A DNA stretch of 62,991 nucleotides, the filler included, from Globobulimina sp. (Eukaryota): NCBI GenBank assembly GCA_003354225.1. It is 13 parts of 13 records of this genome, joined end to end, with 100 filler letters (N's around TTAATTAATTAA, not from the genome) between each part and the next. Parts side by side here need not be neighbours in the genome. Positions count along the whole stretch, not along the records: positions 24,285 to 29,037 come from PIVH01000947.1; positions 29,138 to 33,890 come from PIVH01000948.1; positions 33,991 to 38,742 come from PIVH01000949.1; 10 more parts are not named here. The stretch is one strand, 5' to 3'. Position 1 is the stretch's first letter, and each line of letters starts with the position of its first letter. Shown here in pieces: positions 24,666-35,993 of this stretch. The translations under genes and the position numbers were made by a program. The notes below the pieces were generated by a model that saw only the letters and a list, made by a program, of their open reading frames with translations, ran no database searches and was not told the origin of the DNA.

Positions 24666-27600
24666 TTACAAAATAATACAGTTACAAAATCCACATTTTG
24701 TGTCTTCACCATCGTCAGAATCACAATGAATTAATGGAGTCAATGGATTGTAATCATCATCAAAATCGCTATCATTATTACACTTTGATGTATTTACCTT
24801 TGTTTGTGACTGATGTCTGGAATATCGCGTATTTAATGTGGTGAGATCGTCAGACATTATATCATCCAATGTTGGGCACTCGGTATCTTTTTTATTTTCA
24901 CAAATGCTCAAATCGTGATATAATTGGTATTTATGCTTTGACTCTCTATCCATTTTATATATTTGTTGCAAATAATAGTCATTCAATGTCGATATTGGTA
25001 TTTTGGGTATTTTATGATATTCGTCGGTGTTCAACTCGTCCATACCTTTTATAATGCTGATTTTCTTGCTATCCATGTACATTTTGGCGGGACGTGTTCC
25101 ATATACGATAGGTTTAGGATTCACAATATCCAATCTGCACAACAATACATTATATAATAACAAATAGCAAATAGTAATAGAACCAGACCTTAAATGTTGG
25201 CAAATAGCATTACATTGATGCGTCTTCAAGAATTTTATCATACCATCAATTCCCAAATTGCCTTTTCCAAATCCTTTCCCATTAAATGTGTGTATTTGCG
25301 GATCGGTATATAAGTCACCAACGCCCTGAATATCACACACTAATAAGCGATGTTGCGACACTTCGTAGGTAAAATGCGCAAAGGCTGACGGCGTATTCCT
25401 TATACCTTCGTCCCCTCCGTAATTGTCCAAATGTTTCATATATGCGCCATGCAAATAATCTTCCACACAAAAAAATTGCTCAGACTCACTTTCCAATAAT
25501 TGGATCACAGATGCCTTAGTTCAAAAACATTCAAACTTTTCCACTCTGTCACTCACTGTCACTCTGTCACTATGCTACAAATCTTCGTTTTGGTTTTGGC
25601 GACAACAATCTCTGCATTTCCAAGCAATTTATTCAATGAGTCAGGTTTAGAGTTATTCCGTCCAAAACAAAATGGAAAATCATTTATAGTTCGTTGGAAT
25701 GGACAACATCAAATCGTTTGGGTTCAAAATCAAAGCACAAGAGATCAATACGTATTTTGTATGAGAAATTCTACGATAACATTATCCATTCCATCGGCAG
25801 CAGGAAAATCAAAAAAATCTAAACGTAATTTGCATAAAAAAGTGTGTCTATTTGATGGTTTATGCGATGTCGATTACCCGGAATTTGAGTTAATTCGATT
25901 TAATAAAAAAAGAGTGGGCAAAGTGTATCAATTTCAGTCTCATTATAATTTCTATCTCGATGTGGATACAAATGCGGAGATATTGGATCAGCGCATAAGT
26001 AATAAAAATGTGCGATTGTGTCGCAGTGATGGATCACATCAACAATTATTTCAATCGGTAATTGCAGAAAATGATGACATAAGAAAAGTAGATTTGTGAT
26101 TTATTTCTGATTTCATGACTTAACTTTAATGAATGCAACTTTTTTGGGTGGATTATATTTATTGTATTCGTTGGCAAATAATTGAGAGACAGATTGAGTT
26201 CGGACATCATTGAAATATGTCTGTACAGATTCAGTTAAATCAATGGACTGTTTGGCAACAATTAAATTTCCGCCATATCTACTCTCAAAACCTAGCAATC
26301 GAGCCACTAAGTCACCTTTTCGTGTTTGCAAATTAGTTTTGGTCGAAAAGGTTGCTGTGAAAGTTGGACTTTCTTTGGATGGAATCGATTTTTCTTCATT
26401 CTCCTCAAATTGCAGCAAATTATTATTTATTCTCAACTCATCTCGCGATTTTTCCTCATTTTCGTGTTCAATTCCAATGGGTGTGGCTTGATCCATTTTG
26501 TCGTTTTCTGATATATCCGTTTTTTCGTCCTTTACTTCTGCATAAAAACACCAACAATAAAAGCAAAAATCCAAAAATGCGTTTTACACTAAAAAAATGC
26601 ATAAAAAAAACATGCAATTTATACCTGGCAAGGAAGCAGCAGAAAAATAGGGAGATAATATATGGTTATTATTGAAATTATCCTTCAACAAAGCGACATC
26701 GGCCGGAACTGACATGGACTCAAATATTTTATTCTTGTGATGATTATTATTTTTTATTGGCTGCGATGGCTGTTTCAATGCATATATATCTGACTCAGTC
26801 AAATGCAAACAATAATAACTCACTCGCAACGATCCTCTGCTGAATGGATTTTCGGCGATCTTCACCATAATATACGATTTGTCCCATCCTAATTTATCCA
26901 CATTCCATTGATAGTTTATCGCAGTTTGCGATTCAATCTTATTCCAATCCGGGATATTATCTTCAAATTCAAAAAAGCCTGACTTCATATGTTCAATTTC
27001 ATCGCCTGACCCGTTGCGGGTCAACTTTATCGTCGTTCCCGTCACTGCTTTCACAATCAATTTGGCCTAAAATGCAAATACAAACAAATACATAGAAATC
27101 GAACAATGAGTATTAACTTGTTTCTGGTACTCAGAAGCATCGACAACGCCATGCTTAGCGCGCGTGTACAGATTCTCCCAATTGTCGTCAACACCGGGTA
27201 TGGTGTCGCCGCTATTGTTCACATTTAGGTCTCCGACGCAATACGTATGGCTCGTTTTGGTGTTCACGGACGCTTTGCTGCAAAGTGACGACATTGACGC
27301 TTTCCTGTGATATTGGTGCGAGCTGTTTAGTTTATTTAGTTTGGCTATTTTGTTTAATTTGTTATATTGGGACATATTGAATTTGATTTCCTTTAATCTG
27401 GATTGTAATTCGCGCCTCGATTTATAGGATTGCTTCAAATGCGAGATTGCTTTGAGTAATGCGTGCCGAGCACCATAGGCCATTATGTTCAATTCGTCGC
27501 GCAATATGTCATTGGTTAAGGATAGCAACGCATCGCCGTAGATTTGATGTTGTTTGAAAATCAGCACAAACTCATCGAATCGACCTAGTTGTATATACAT

Positions 27601-27781
27601 TTTTGCATAATATCATATGTCATGCAATATAGACACAATCGACGTACCGTCACTCGTGGATTTTAGCCATGATAGTACTTGTGATACTGACCAATTTTCA
27701 ATATCCTCATTCACGCCCTCCCTTATGGTTAGTTTTTAATTTATATTTATTATTCGTTCATGAATGGACATTGTCATACAT
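24666..27781 (-). CDS. SAM domain + alpha-kinase (eEF2K/MHCK-like) with C-terminal CaaX; introns 27722-27779 (tentative), 27585-27647, 27067-27117, 26538-26624, 25515-26124, 25135-25188
   Basis: SAM (WSVSQVLSWL...FKQHQIYGDALLSL...GARHALLKAI), alpha-kinase (PFSRGSLR, IVAK, AFAHFTYE, LLVCDIQG, YTDPQIH, GKGNLG, HQCNAIC), C-terminus CIIL. All introns GT-AG and frame-preserving. Confidence 0.85.
25572..26099 (+). CDS. Nested antisense ORF inside an alpha-kinase intron: 175-aa secreted protein with ricin-B-lectin-like C-terminal motif
   Basis: ATG 25572, signal peptide MLQIFVLVLATTISA, motif YQFQSHYNFYLDV...NVRLCRSDGSHQQLF. Lies wholly within intron 25515-26124. Confidence 0.65.
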   Translation: MLQIFVLVLATTISAFPSNLFNESGLELFRPKQNGKSFIVRWNGQHQIVWVQNQSTRDQYVFCMRNSTITLSIPSAAGKSKKSKRNLHKKVCLFDGLCDVDYPEFELIRFNKKRVGKVYQFQSHYNFYLDVDTNAEILDQRISNKNVRLCRSDGSHQQLFQSVIAENDDIRKVDL

Positions 27782-27915
27782 TGTAGTTGCAATATACAAC
27801 GTTATTGTTTTTGTATTAGAGAGTATTGTCTTGAGTGGTTCTTTTTGTTTTTGCTTAGTATTTTGATTTCAAACTAAAAAAAAAACTTTGCCAACTACAC
27901 ATACGAGATTTTAAA

Positions 27916-28570
27916 ATGGGTGCTTTATGGTCATGGATTAGAGGATTTTGGCAACAAGAAATGGAAATGTCCATTGTAGGATTACAAAATGCAGGCAAAA
28001 GTACATTTATTCATGTGATACAGAAAGGGGAATACGTACCGGATATGATACCAACGGTAGGTTTTAATATGCATAAAGTGGATAAAGGCAAAGTATCCAT
28101 CAAAGTGTGGGATCTTGGTATGCCATTTGTTGATTCGTGCATGCCGCAAATATCATCAATAAACACTGTACAAAGGTGGACAAAAGAAATTTCGTGGAAT
28201 GTGGGAGCGATATTGTCGTAAAAATGATGCTATTGTGTTTAGTGTATATGCGAATTTGCGTAGTAATGTGATTCTGATATGATATGACATGATATACAGA
28301 TTTATGGTGGATGCAGCGGACCCCAATAAATTCCCCAATTCTAAGAAAGAATTACATTCATTGTTGTCGTCGCCGAGTTTGAATGGAATTCCTTTATTAT
28401 TGCTTTTTAATAAGAATGACTTACCGGATGCTCGTCCAGCTGAAGAGATTGTGGCTGCGTTGGGGATTAAACAATTAAAAGGGAGAGAAATTGCATACTA
28501 TGAGATATCATGTAAAGATATATTAAATATTGATACTACTTTGGATTGGCTCATTAAACATAGCAAATAA
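27916..28570 (+). CDS. ARL8: ARF-like GTPase ARL8; exons 27916-28117, 28176-28236, 28300-28570
   Basis: [52 protein letters not shown]...[14 protein letters not shown]. Confidence 0.93.
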
Positions 28571-28837
28571 ATAGACACAGTAAGATTAAGTAAGCACACT
28601 ATGTAAGCTATTAATAACATTGTCATTGTATTAAAATACCAATATCAAGTCACTTTTTATTTTTTTTTATTTGTAATTAATTATTAATCGCTTATTTTGG
28701 TACCATTTTGTGAGTAAACTGGAGCATCATCCTTGCGCATCCAATATAAATTAGATAATTCATTTTGGATTTAGAAACGTGTTTCTCTTCGATTTGTACA
28801 GTACAACTTATATACACAAATAAATAATTACATTTTG

Positions 28838-29037
28838 TTATAAAAGCATGCAACATGCTGTCTTTTTACGTTTCTTTCTCGGGTCATCGTCAATAGTGAA
28901 CGCGCGAATTAAATCATTGCCATGTATAGAATTCCTTCGATTCGAATTGCAAGAAATATCCATAACGTTATGATTTTTTAGACATTGATGAATTGTTAAG
29001 TCCATTCCTTCTTTTATATTTAAGCCGGTTTTGGCTG
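28838..29037 (-). CDS. C-terminal fragment of a Ras-superfamily small GTPase (not in the ORF track)
   Basis: Manual translation gives (S)AKTGLNIKEGM...DDDPRKKRKKTACCMLL*: G5 motif, polybasic stretch and CaaX box. Confidence 0.75.
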
Positions 29038-29218
29038 NNNNNNNNNNNNNNNNNNNNNNNNNNNNNNNNNNNNNNNNNNNNTTAATTAATTAANNNNNNN
29101 NNNNNNNNNNNNNNNNNNNNNNNNNNNNNNNNNNNNNCACACACTTCTTTTGGGATTGACTAACGATATATTCAGATAGATACCCCCCCCCTCCATATAG
29201 ATCTTTTTTAATAGGGGG

Positions 29219-29366
29219 TTCGCAAGTCGTTTCTAGCTCCATAGGTAATTCCAAGAGTAAGTATTCTAAAGTATGTACAAACATAGCCAAATCATCACGA
29301 GACTCTGTTTTTAATATGAAAACCTTTCAAGTATAATTTGATTTATAAAATAACTTATAAGTAAAC
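29219..29366 (+). repeat. Dispersed repeat of about 140 bp, copy 1
   Basis: Aligns with small indels to 32016-32148 (TTCGCAAGTCGTTTCT...AATTCCAAGAGTAAGTATTCTAAA...CACGAGACTCTGTTTTTAAT...AAAATAACTTATAAGTAAA). Confidence 0.85.
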
Positions 29367-29405
29367 TGGAACAATTTAGAATAATACACCTGGAACAAAT
29401 TATAT

Positions 29406-30221
29406 AATGGTCTTGTTTTGGAACTGGAACAATTTAGATAATGTAACCCATTTTATTTTAATTGTGGACTATTAAGTTGCTATGGATCAGAAGATGAGAG
29501 ATTATTTATTGGAGGTATCGGCTGTAGCAATTCATTTGGTATTGATACTGATGGCGGATTCTTGCAATTTCGTTCAATTCGATCCATGGCAACAACGCAA
29601 AATTATTTGTGGTATATACGAGCTTTATCTTTGTTAAATGCTGTAATTAATGGCCAGAGATTATCAAATGATGAATATAAAAAAAGATTTGTTAAAAAAG
29701 TTAAATGGTTTTATAAAATTATTTGTTGTTTAGTAAAGAATACAAAAAACAAAGTTAAATATCCATTGTTCATAAAACAATGTTTTAATAAATTAGTAAA
29801 TCAAAAAAAAACAATTAAAATAAATTTACCAGCAATGAACGAATCTTATCCTGCATTTAAAATAATGTTTGTATCCTCTCAATGTCCAAATTTATTATCA
29901 TTTGAATATATTTCATGTCTTTTTAGAAATTGCACACAAATTAAATTTGATATGTATGGATATCAAATATCATTGTTGTTTTTAAATGAATTAAAGAAAA
30001 TATTTTGTAAAATTAATAATAATAAATTAATTAAATTGAAACAAATTAAAATTAATGGATTTGAGTTTGCACATAACATGAACTACAATTTATTTTTATC
30101 ATTATTAACAAATGTCAAAAATTGGAATGTTGCAATGCAAAAAGAATTCGAAGACGATGATGACGACGATGAAGACGGTGTTGAATACAACGTCACTTTT
30201 AATCGCATACATTCATTGTGA
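29406..30221 (+). pseudogene. 5'-truncated member of an ADP-ribosyltransferase-like (EDERLFIGG) family with an in-frame stop at 29439-29441
   Basis: Reads NGLVLELEQFR*CNPFYFNCGLLSCYGSEDERLFIGG. The same motif block occurs in 51712-53295. Confidence 0.55.
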
Positions 30222-30340
30222 TGTATTCAAATTTGTGTTTTTGATATATATTCAAATGATAATATACTTTTAGAAACACGGAAACTTTTGAATTTTGTAA
30301 AGTATAAAAACTTTTCGCGTGCAGCACAAGAGGAAGCTGC

Positions 30341-31964
30341 ATGTGTTCGTTACACTTTCATAGTTTACATTACAGAGAGTTAATTAATTGCCGTAATGTC
30401 TTGTTCTGGACTCTATTAAATGCTGTTTCAATCATTGTTTCATCGCTGCTTCAACATTGTGACTGCATCACAGTACAATGGAATAACATCACAGTGATTA
30501 TACTGTTGCAAAGAATTTTGTGTTTATTATATTTGACGAGATATTCATATTATGCACTATGTAGCATTTGGAGCAAACAAGAGGTTGATGTGAGGCACAA
30601 AATATTAGTGATAACTATAATATCAATCATCAACATATTGTACATTGGTTATTGCTGCGTCATTTGGATATATTTGACATTTTTCTGTGAATTCCTTACA
30701 ATTTGGATTTGTTTACAAATCATCAAATATTGTACTCTCGGAGTAATGTACGGGTATAATCGTAATGACATTGACATTGGAAGAACAGTTAACGTTTATT
30801 CACAAAACGAATGCTATAAAATAGAACAAAATATGCAATTTGTTTATCATTATTTACATAACATTCATGCTTTATATGTTCCAAAACATAGACATATTGG
30901 AAATAGGACAAAACATTTGATTGAATGTATTGTAAATCATTTATCATTTTCTATATTAATCCTTCAAATAAAAAAAACATTGCAATTGAAAAAAAATAAA
31001 GAGTTGGAAACTATCATTAATGATTCAGATGTTGTAATGAATCAATTATTGAATTGTTTGAATTTTGGATTAAATAATTATTATCACAAAAAAGTATGTT
31101 TCTATATATTTATCTGACATATATTTAACAAAAATGTATATACTTCTAATTTAGGATATAAAATGTCAACATTTCAGCAAATATGGTTCATCTGAACGAC
31201 ATATAACAGTATCAAATGGAAAATATATGATACGTGCAATTATTTTGATGATAATTTGTTTTTTCATAATACATATATTGTATTTTGATGAAATTGGTAC
31301 AATATACAAATCGATAAATATAATAATTATAATATTGTCATTCTTATCATTTGGATGTCACTCTTATCATAATATTGTCACTTCACAATATTTAAAAGAC
31401 AATAAACCTGAAAATGCGATAAAAACGTTATGGATACCACATAGAGTGAAAAAAATGAACATTATGTATCAGACATATTATGTATCGATACCACATACAG
31501 TGCACTGTCAAGGCATAATGCATTTAAATTCAGACATATTTTGGGAAATACATTTGTTGCTTCAAGCTGTTGCTTCAAATTCATCTGATCGGTATGTTTT
31601 ATTTTTATTTTTATTTTTATACTTTTATGCACTATTTACACTACACAGACATGGCTGGATCAAAGCATATTTACTACCGTTTCATTCTCAAGTATCTAGG
31701 TTTCAGTTTAGTGTGTTGCTAAACTGTGAGTTATTTCTTCCGATATACTTTGACTGGCACATAATTTGTGCATCGTTGGATGACAATTTCAGTGTTTCCA
31801 GAATAATAATAAATTATTTGTACGGATCTACACAATTTGTAGACATTGATTGGGTTAATACTGACTGGAATAATATAAATTCATTTAATGCAAAATTGCG
31901 CGCATTGTATTGCAATCATATTATACCGTTTTGCAATGTTTATGAGGAACTGTGCAACAAATAA
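30341..31964 (+). CDS. Multi-exon, multi-pass membrane protein of unknown function
   Basis: Two long hydrophobic ORFs separated by an intron-like GTATGT...TTTAG segment (about 31093-31154); a probable second intron near 31592-31648. Confidence 0.45.
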
Positions 31965-32015
31965 ATAATACTTTAGAATGACTGTTTGAAACCCATTGTT
32001 TTTAAAATCCGCAAA

Positions 32016-32148
32016 TTCGCAAGTCGTTTCTCCATAGGTTTAATTCCAAGAGTAAGTATTCTAAACTATGTACAAACATAGCATGCAAATCATCCACGAG
32101 ACTCTGTTTTTAATTTTTATGAAAACCTTAAAATAACTTATAAGTAAA
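32016..32148 (+). repeat. Dispersed repeat of about 140 bp, copy 2
   Basis: Direct-orientation match to 29219-29366. Confidence 0.85.
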
Positions 32149-32192
32149 TTAATTAAACTGAATAAAGAAGGTAAGGAAAAAAATCTAAATAA

Positions 32193-33724
32193 TTAATAAT
32201 AAAAATAAATAATCAATAATGTCATAATTTTTTCATCTGTCACTACTATCGCGCCTGTTTTAATATATTTGTAGTCTTGAATTATTATTATATAAATACA
32301 CCACAAATAAATAAATAAATACCTTTTTTTCTTCTTTTTGCCAAATTTACAGTTTCTCTCACTTTCATACACAGTGTAGGTCGTAATCATTCCCGCCGAG
32401 ATATGATGGAAAACATGGCAGTGATACAGCCATTCCCCGGCAGCGTCCACCCGCATAGTGGCCGTGTACGTTGTGCCTGGTAATAATACCAAAGTGTCCG
32501 AATTATCGCCCAATGAATCAACCAACATATTGCCATGCCAACTGACAATGCAATCTAAGGAATTAATTACAATACAAACTGAATAAAAACAAACAATTAA
32601 CTAACTGTGGCGAATGCGGCCCATCAACTTCGTCGCCAAATGATCCCGTATACCACCGAACTATTTCACATTCGTTCATTTCTAAATCCACCAAATTGCC
32701 AAACAAATATCCATTCACAGCATGCATCTTATTCGATTCTACAAAGTCTGAATTGCTTAATAAATCGTACTCGGTCGGATCAATACCTGCTTTTAACAAA
32801 TTCTTCTCAAATAAATTCGAAGTACTTTCATCATACATTACCATAAAAGTTGTAAATTCACGATCAACGTCTTTTGGCTTTAAATCATATTTCGAGGTTT
32901 CTGCTCCTTTTCTGGTTATAATAATTGCACCGAACAAACCAGTGTGAATATCATCCATTGTGGCCACATGCGAGTGATACACGAACATCTTGGAAGAAAC
33001 TATACGGCAATCATACATTTACACACATATAGAATATGGATTATATGATATACACATACTTCCTTGGTCGACCATCCACGGTCTAACGTCAAAAATATAA
33101 ATCCATACACCACCCTCTGCTTCGATAACATCGCCGGCCGTAGTTCCATAAACATTGCCATCGTCATCTACATAGGGAGCGCCTTCAGAGTTTTTGCCGT
33201 ATTTGAGGCCATGAACATGGAGAGAATTGACAAACGAACACGTGTTTTTATAATAAACTGCAATTCTTTCACCGGTCAAGGCGCGGATATTTGGACCCAA
33301 TGCACCTAAATGTTGGATGTCTTCGCTTCGGGTTTTGATTGTATCAAAACAATTATCTGTGAATTCACGGTAAAGCGCTTTATAATATTCTGGACCAATA
33401 CGGTCGGTCGTGCTTAAACACCACGTCGCTTCTTCCATTCCTAAGACGATCGGCAAACCTAAATTAATATATATACAGAAACAGAAACATACAAAAATAA
33501 CCACAAACAGAAACATACAAAATATAGAAATTTAAACCTGATAAGAGATTCTTTCCGGATGGACAATAATTCCATTTTTGTTCAACACATCCGATGTAAT
33601 ATGTACGGTCTGCTGAAACTCCGTAATTCTCGAGATCATACCACTCACTTTCACAATGACTTGTGTTTGATGGTGTGGTTAAATATATGATGAGTGTGAT
33701 TGTTGTTAAACAGAAACTGTTCAT
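32193..33724 (-). CDS. Secreted multicopper oxidase, ceruloplasmin/hephaestin-like, two cupredoxin domains; introns 33459-33537, 33000-33059, 32542-32605; 3' end uncertain
   Basis: Signal peptide; Cu motifs SLHVHG, VYHSH, HSPHWHG (restored by splicing), WLYHCHVFHHISAGM; ceruloplasmin-type YYIGCVEQKWNYCP, YYKALYREFTD, HLGALGPNIRA. Confidence 0.88.
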
Positions 33725-33991
33725 CTTTAAGATGTTGTTGTTTTTTAGTAGTTTTAGAAGTGGTTCATTTTATATAAAAATAGTGTGCCTTTGTAATCTT
33801 AGTCATGTGGCTCAAGAATAAATCTTTGATTTGCGTCCGTTTCGTCCCATGTCATAAGTGACAGTATGTTGCCATTCACAGTCAAATATANNNNNNNNNN
33901 NNNNNNNNNNNNNNNNNNNNNNNNNNNNNNNNNNTTAATTAATTAANNNNNNNNNNNNNNNNNNNNNNNNNNNNNNNNNNNNNNNNNNNNT

Positions 33992-35377
33992 CGTGAATAT
34001 TATGAGAAATATGATGAATCCCCTAAAAAAAATATAGAAACTATTTTTGATTCTAAGAAAAAAGCTTTAAATAAAAATATTGTAATGATTATTGAAACTT
34101 TCCTTTCAAAGGTTTCTGAAGAATATGAACAATCTGTTTTTAATTCACAATACCAAATTGATCAAAGTAAGCAATATATAAAAAAAAGATTTATTGAAAA
34201 TGATATTTTAAAAATACAAAAACTACTTGATATTGATAAAATTGATGAAGCATTGGAAGTTCATGAAAATATAAAAATTGAAATAGGGGAAGAGAATCTT
34301 TCTAATGAATATGATCCCCATGATTCAAGTGAGATTAAATCTCATTTTATAGAAGATGAAAATAGAATTTTATTTAATTTCCAGGGTGATTTGGGTGAAA
34401 TGATTGGTGGGTTTGAAAGAAATCAATTAATATCTATACAAGGTGCTGAAAAACGTGGGAAAACGTGGTGGTTGCAACAATGTGTATATGAAGCAATTAC
34501 AAATAATCTAAAAGTAGTTTGGTTTTCATATGAAATGAGTAAAAATCAAACAAAGGATAGATATTACAAGCAATTAACCGCAGCGTCAAGAACTCCAAAT
34601 GAACCTGTTATATTCCCAGTTTTTGACTGTATTAAAAATCAAAAAGGTAATTGTAATAAAAAAGAAAGAACTAATAAAATAAATAATTTATTGGCAGGGT
34701 TGCAAAGAGATGAATTTCCAAGATTTGAAAATAATCGTAAATATATCGCTTGCACTTATTGCCGTGGGACAAAAGATTTTAAACCTGTTGTTTGGTATAA
34801 TGAGCAAAAAAACTTAATGAAATTTAGTTCTAAAAATGTTGAAAATAAAATAAATAATAAAATTTTATTTGGAAATGGAAAGAATGGTAGTAATTTGAGA
34901 ATAATAAATTATCCATCATTTTCAGCAGGATCAAAGGAGATGGAACGAGATATTGAAAATCTTATAGATAGAGATTTTATTCCAGATGTTATTATTAGTG
35001 ATTATTTAGATATCCAAAAGCAAGAGGGTAATTTTGAAAACGAAAGGGATCCAATTTTTAAAAATTGGAAGAATGCTAAGAGATTGGCTGGTGTTTATAA
35101 TAGTGTATTTTTTTCAGCAGACCAGGCCGACGCCAATGCAAGAAATAAAAAGTTACTTGACCAATCAAACTTTACAAATGATAAGCGAAAGGATAGTGTA
35201 TTAGACATTAAAATAGGACTCAATCAGGAAAGTTTTGAAAAAAATATGGGTTTAATGAGATTAAATGTGCTTTTTAAGCGGTCAGGTCCTTTTAATCTTG
35301 AACATGAAGTTGCTGTATTACAATCATTGGAATTGGGTCAAACATTACTTGATTCAATATGGTGGAATAGATTTTAA
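33992..35377 (+). CDS. SF4 (DnaB/gp41-like) replicative helicase, 5'-truncated
   Basis: Walker A GAEKRGKT, H1a WFSYEMS, Walker B DVIISDYLD, H3 FSADQ, C-terminal LFKR.G. Confidence 0.8.
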   Translation, partial: REYYEKYDESPKKNIETIFDSKKKALNKNIVMIIETFLSKVSEEYEQSVFNSQYQIDQSKQYIKKRFIENDILKIQKLLDIDKIDEALEVHENIKIEIGEENLSNEYDPHDSSEIKSHFIEDENRILFNFQGDLGEMIGGFERNQLISIQGAEKRGKTWWLQQCVYEAITNNLKVVWFSYEMSKNQTKDRYYKQLTAASRTPNEPVIFPVFDCIKNQKGNCNKKERTNKINNLLAGLQRDEFPRFENNRKYIACTYCRGTKDFKPVVWYNEQKNLMKFSSKNVENKINNKILFGNGKNGSNLRIINYPSFSAGSKEMERDIENLIDRDFIPDVIISDYLDIQKQEGNFENERDPIFKNWKNAKRLAGVYNSVFFSADQADANARNKKLLDQSNFTNDKRKDSVLDIKIGLNQESFEKNMGLMRLNVLFKRSGPFNLEHEVAVLQSLELGQTLLDSIWWNRF

Positions 35378-35389
35378 AATAAAAATAAA

Positions 35390-35433
35390 TTAACATAATT
35401 TTATACAAAGGTTTATAATATAATTATGGAAAG
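35390..35433 (+). promoter_or_regulatory. Sigma70-like promoter, copy 1 of a 44-bp repeat
   Basis: TTAACA-18nt-TATAAT; 38/44 identical to 35739-35782; lies upstream of ORF 35458. Confidence 0.65.
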
Positions 35434-35457
35434 ATAATATAAATAAAAAGGGGAAAA

Positions 35458-35673
35458 ATGAAAAAATATATAATAACAATAAATCAACCTAAATCAATAA
35501 CTGATGATGAAATGGCTATAATAATACGAAATGGATTAATGGATGTTATAGATCATAGAATAAGTGCTGGTATCGATACTCGCCTTGATCTTGATGATAT
35601 TGAGGTTGAAAAAGCAGTCCCAAATACATTAGTGGATGAGTTAGGGTTAACACTAATTAAAATTTCATCTTAA
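35458..35673 (+). CDS. Small hypothetical phage protein
   Basis: 71-aa ORF with a purine-rich RBS (AAGGGG) downstream of the repeated promoter. Confidence 0.6.
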   Translation: MKKYIITINQPKSITDDEMAIIIRNGLMDVIDHRISAGIDTRLDLDDIEVEKAVPNTLVDELGLTLIKISS

Positions 35674-35738
35674 TAAAGATTTTATGATATTTATTTGAAT
35701 ATTTTGAATAAATTTTAACCTCTATGTGTAATAATAAT

Positions 35739-35782
35739 TTAACATAATTTCTAATTAAGGTTTATAATATAGTTATGGAAAG
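35739..35782 (+). promoter_or_regulatory. Sigma70-like promoter, copy 2
   Basis: TTAACA-18nt-TATAAT; lies upstream of the 35994-38742 gene run. Confidence 0.65.
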
Positions 35783-35993
35783 TAAATTAAAATATTATAT
35801 AATTTTAAAAAAAGGGGGGTTTTATGTGCCTTGTAATTTAAATTAGGCTAATTAAATAAAATAAAATTAAATAATTAAATATGGTGTTTTTATTTTTAAA
35901 TTCATTTATCCCCATTTTCACATTCTAATATGGATTTATAAAAACATCATCTTGAAATATATTAAATGATAATTTTAATAAAAAGGAGAAAAA

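Noticed and set aside
32193-33724. Copper nitrite reductase (NirK)
   Set aside because: NirK has its type-1 Cu site in domain 1 and lacks the full trinuclear His set; here type-1 ligands are in domain 2 with all HxH motifs.
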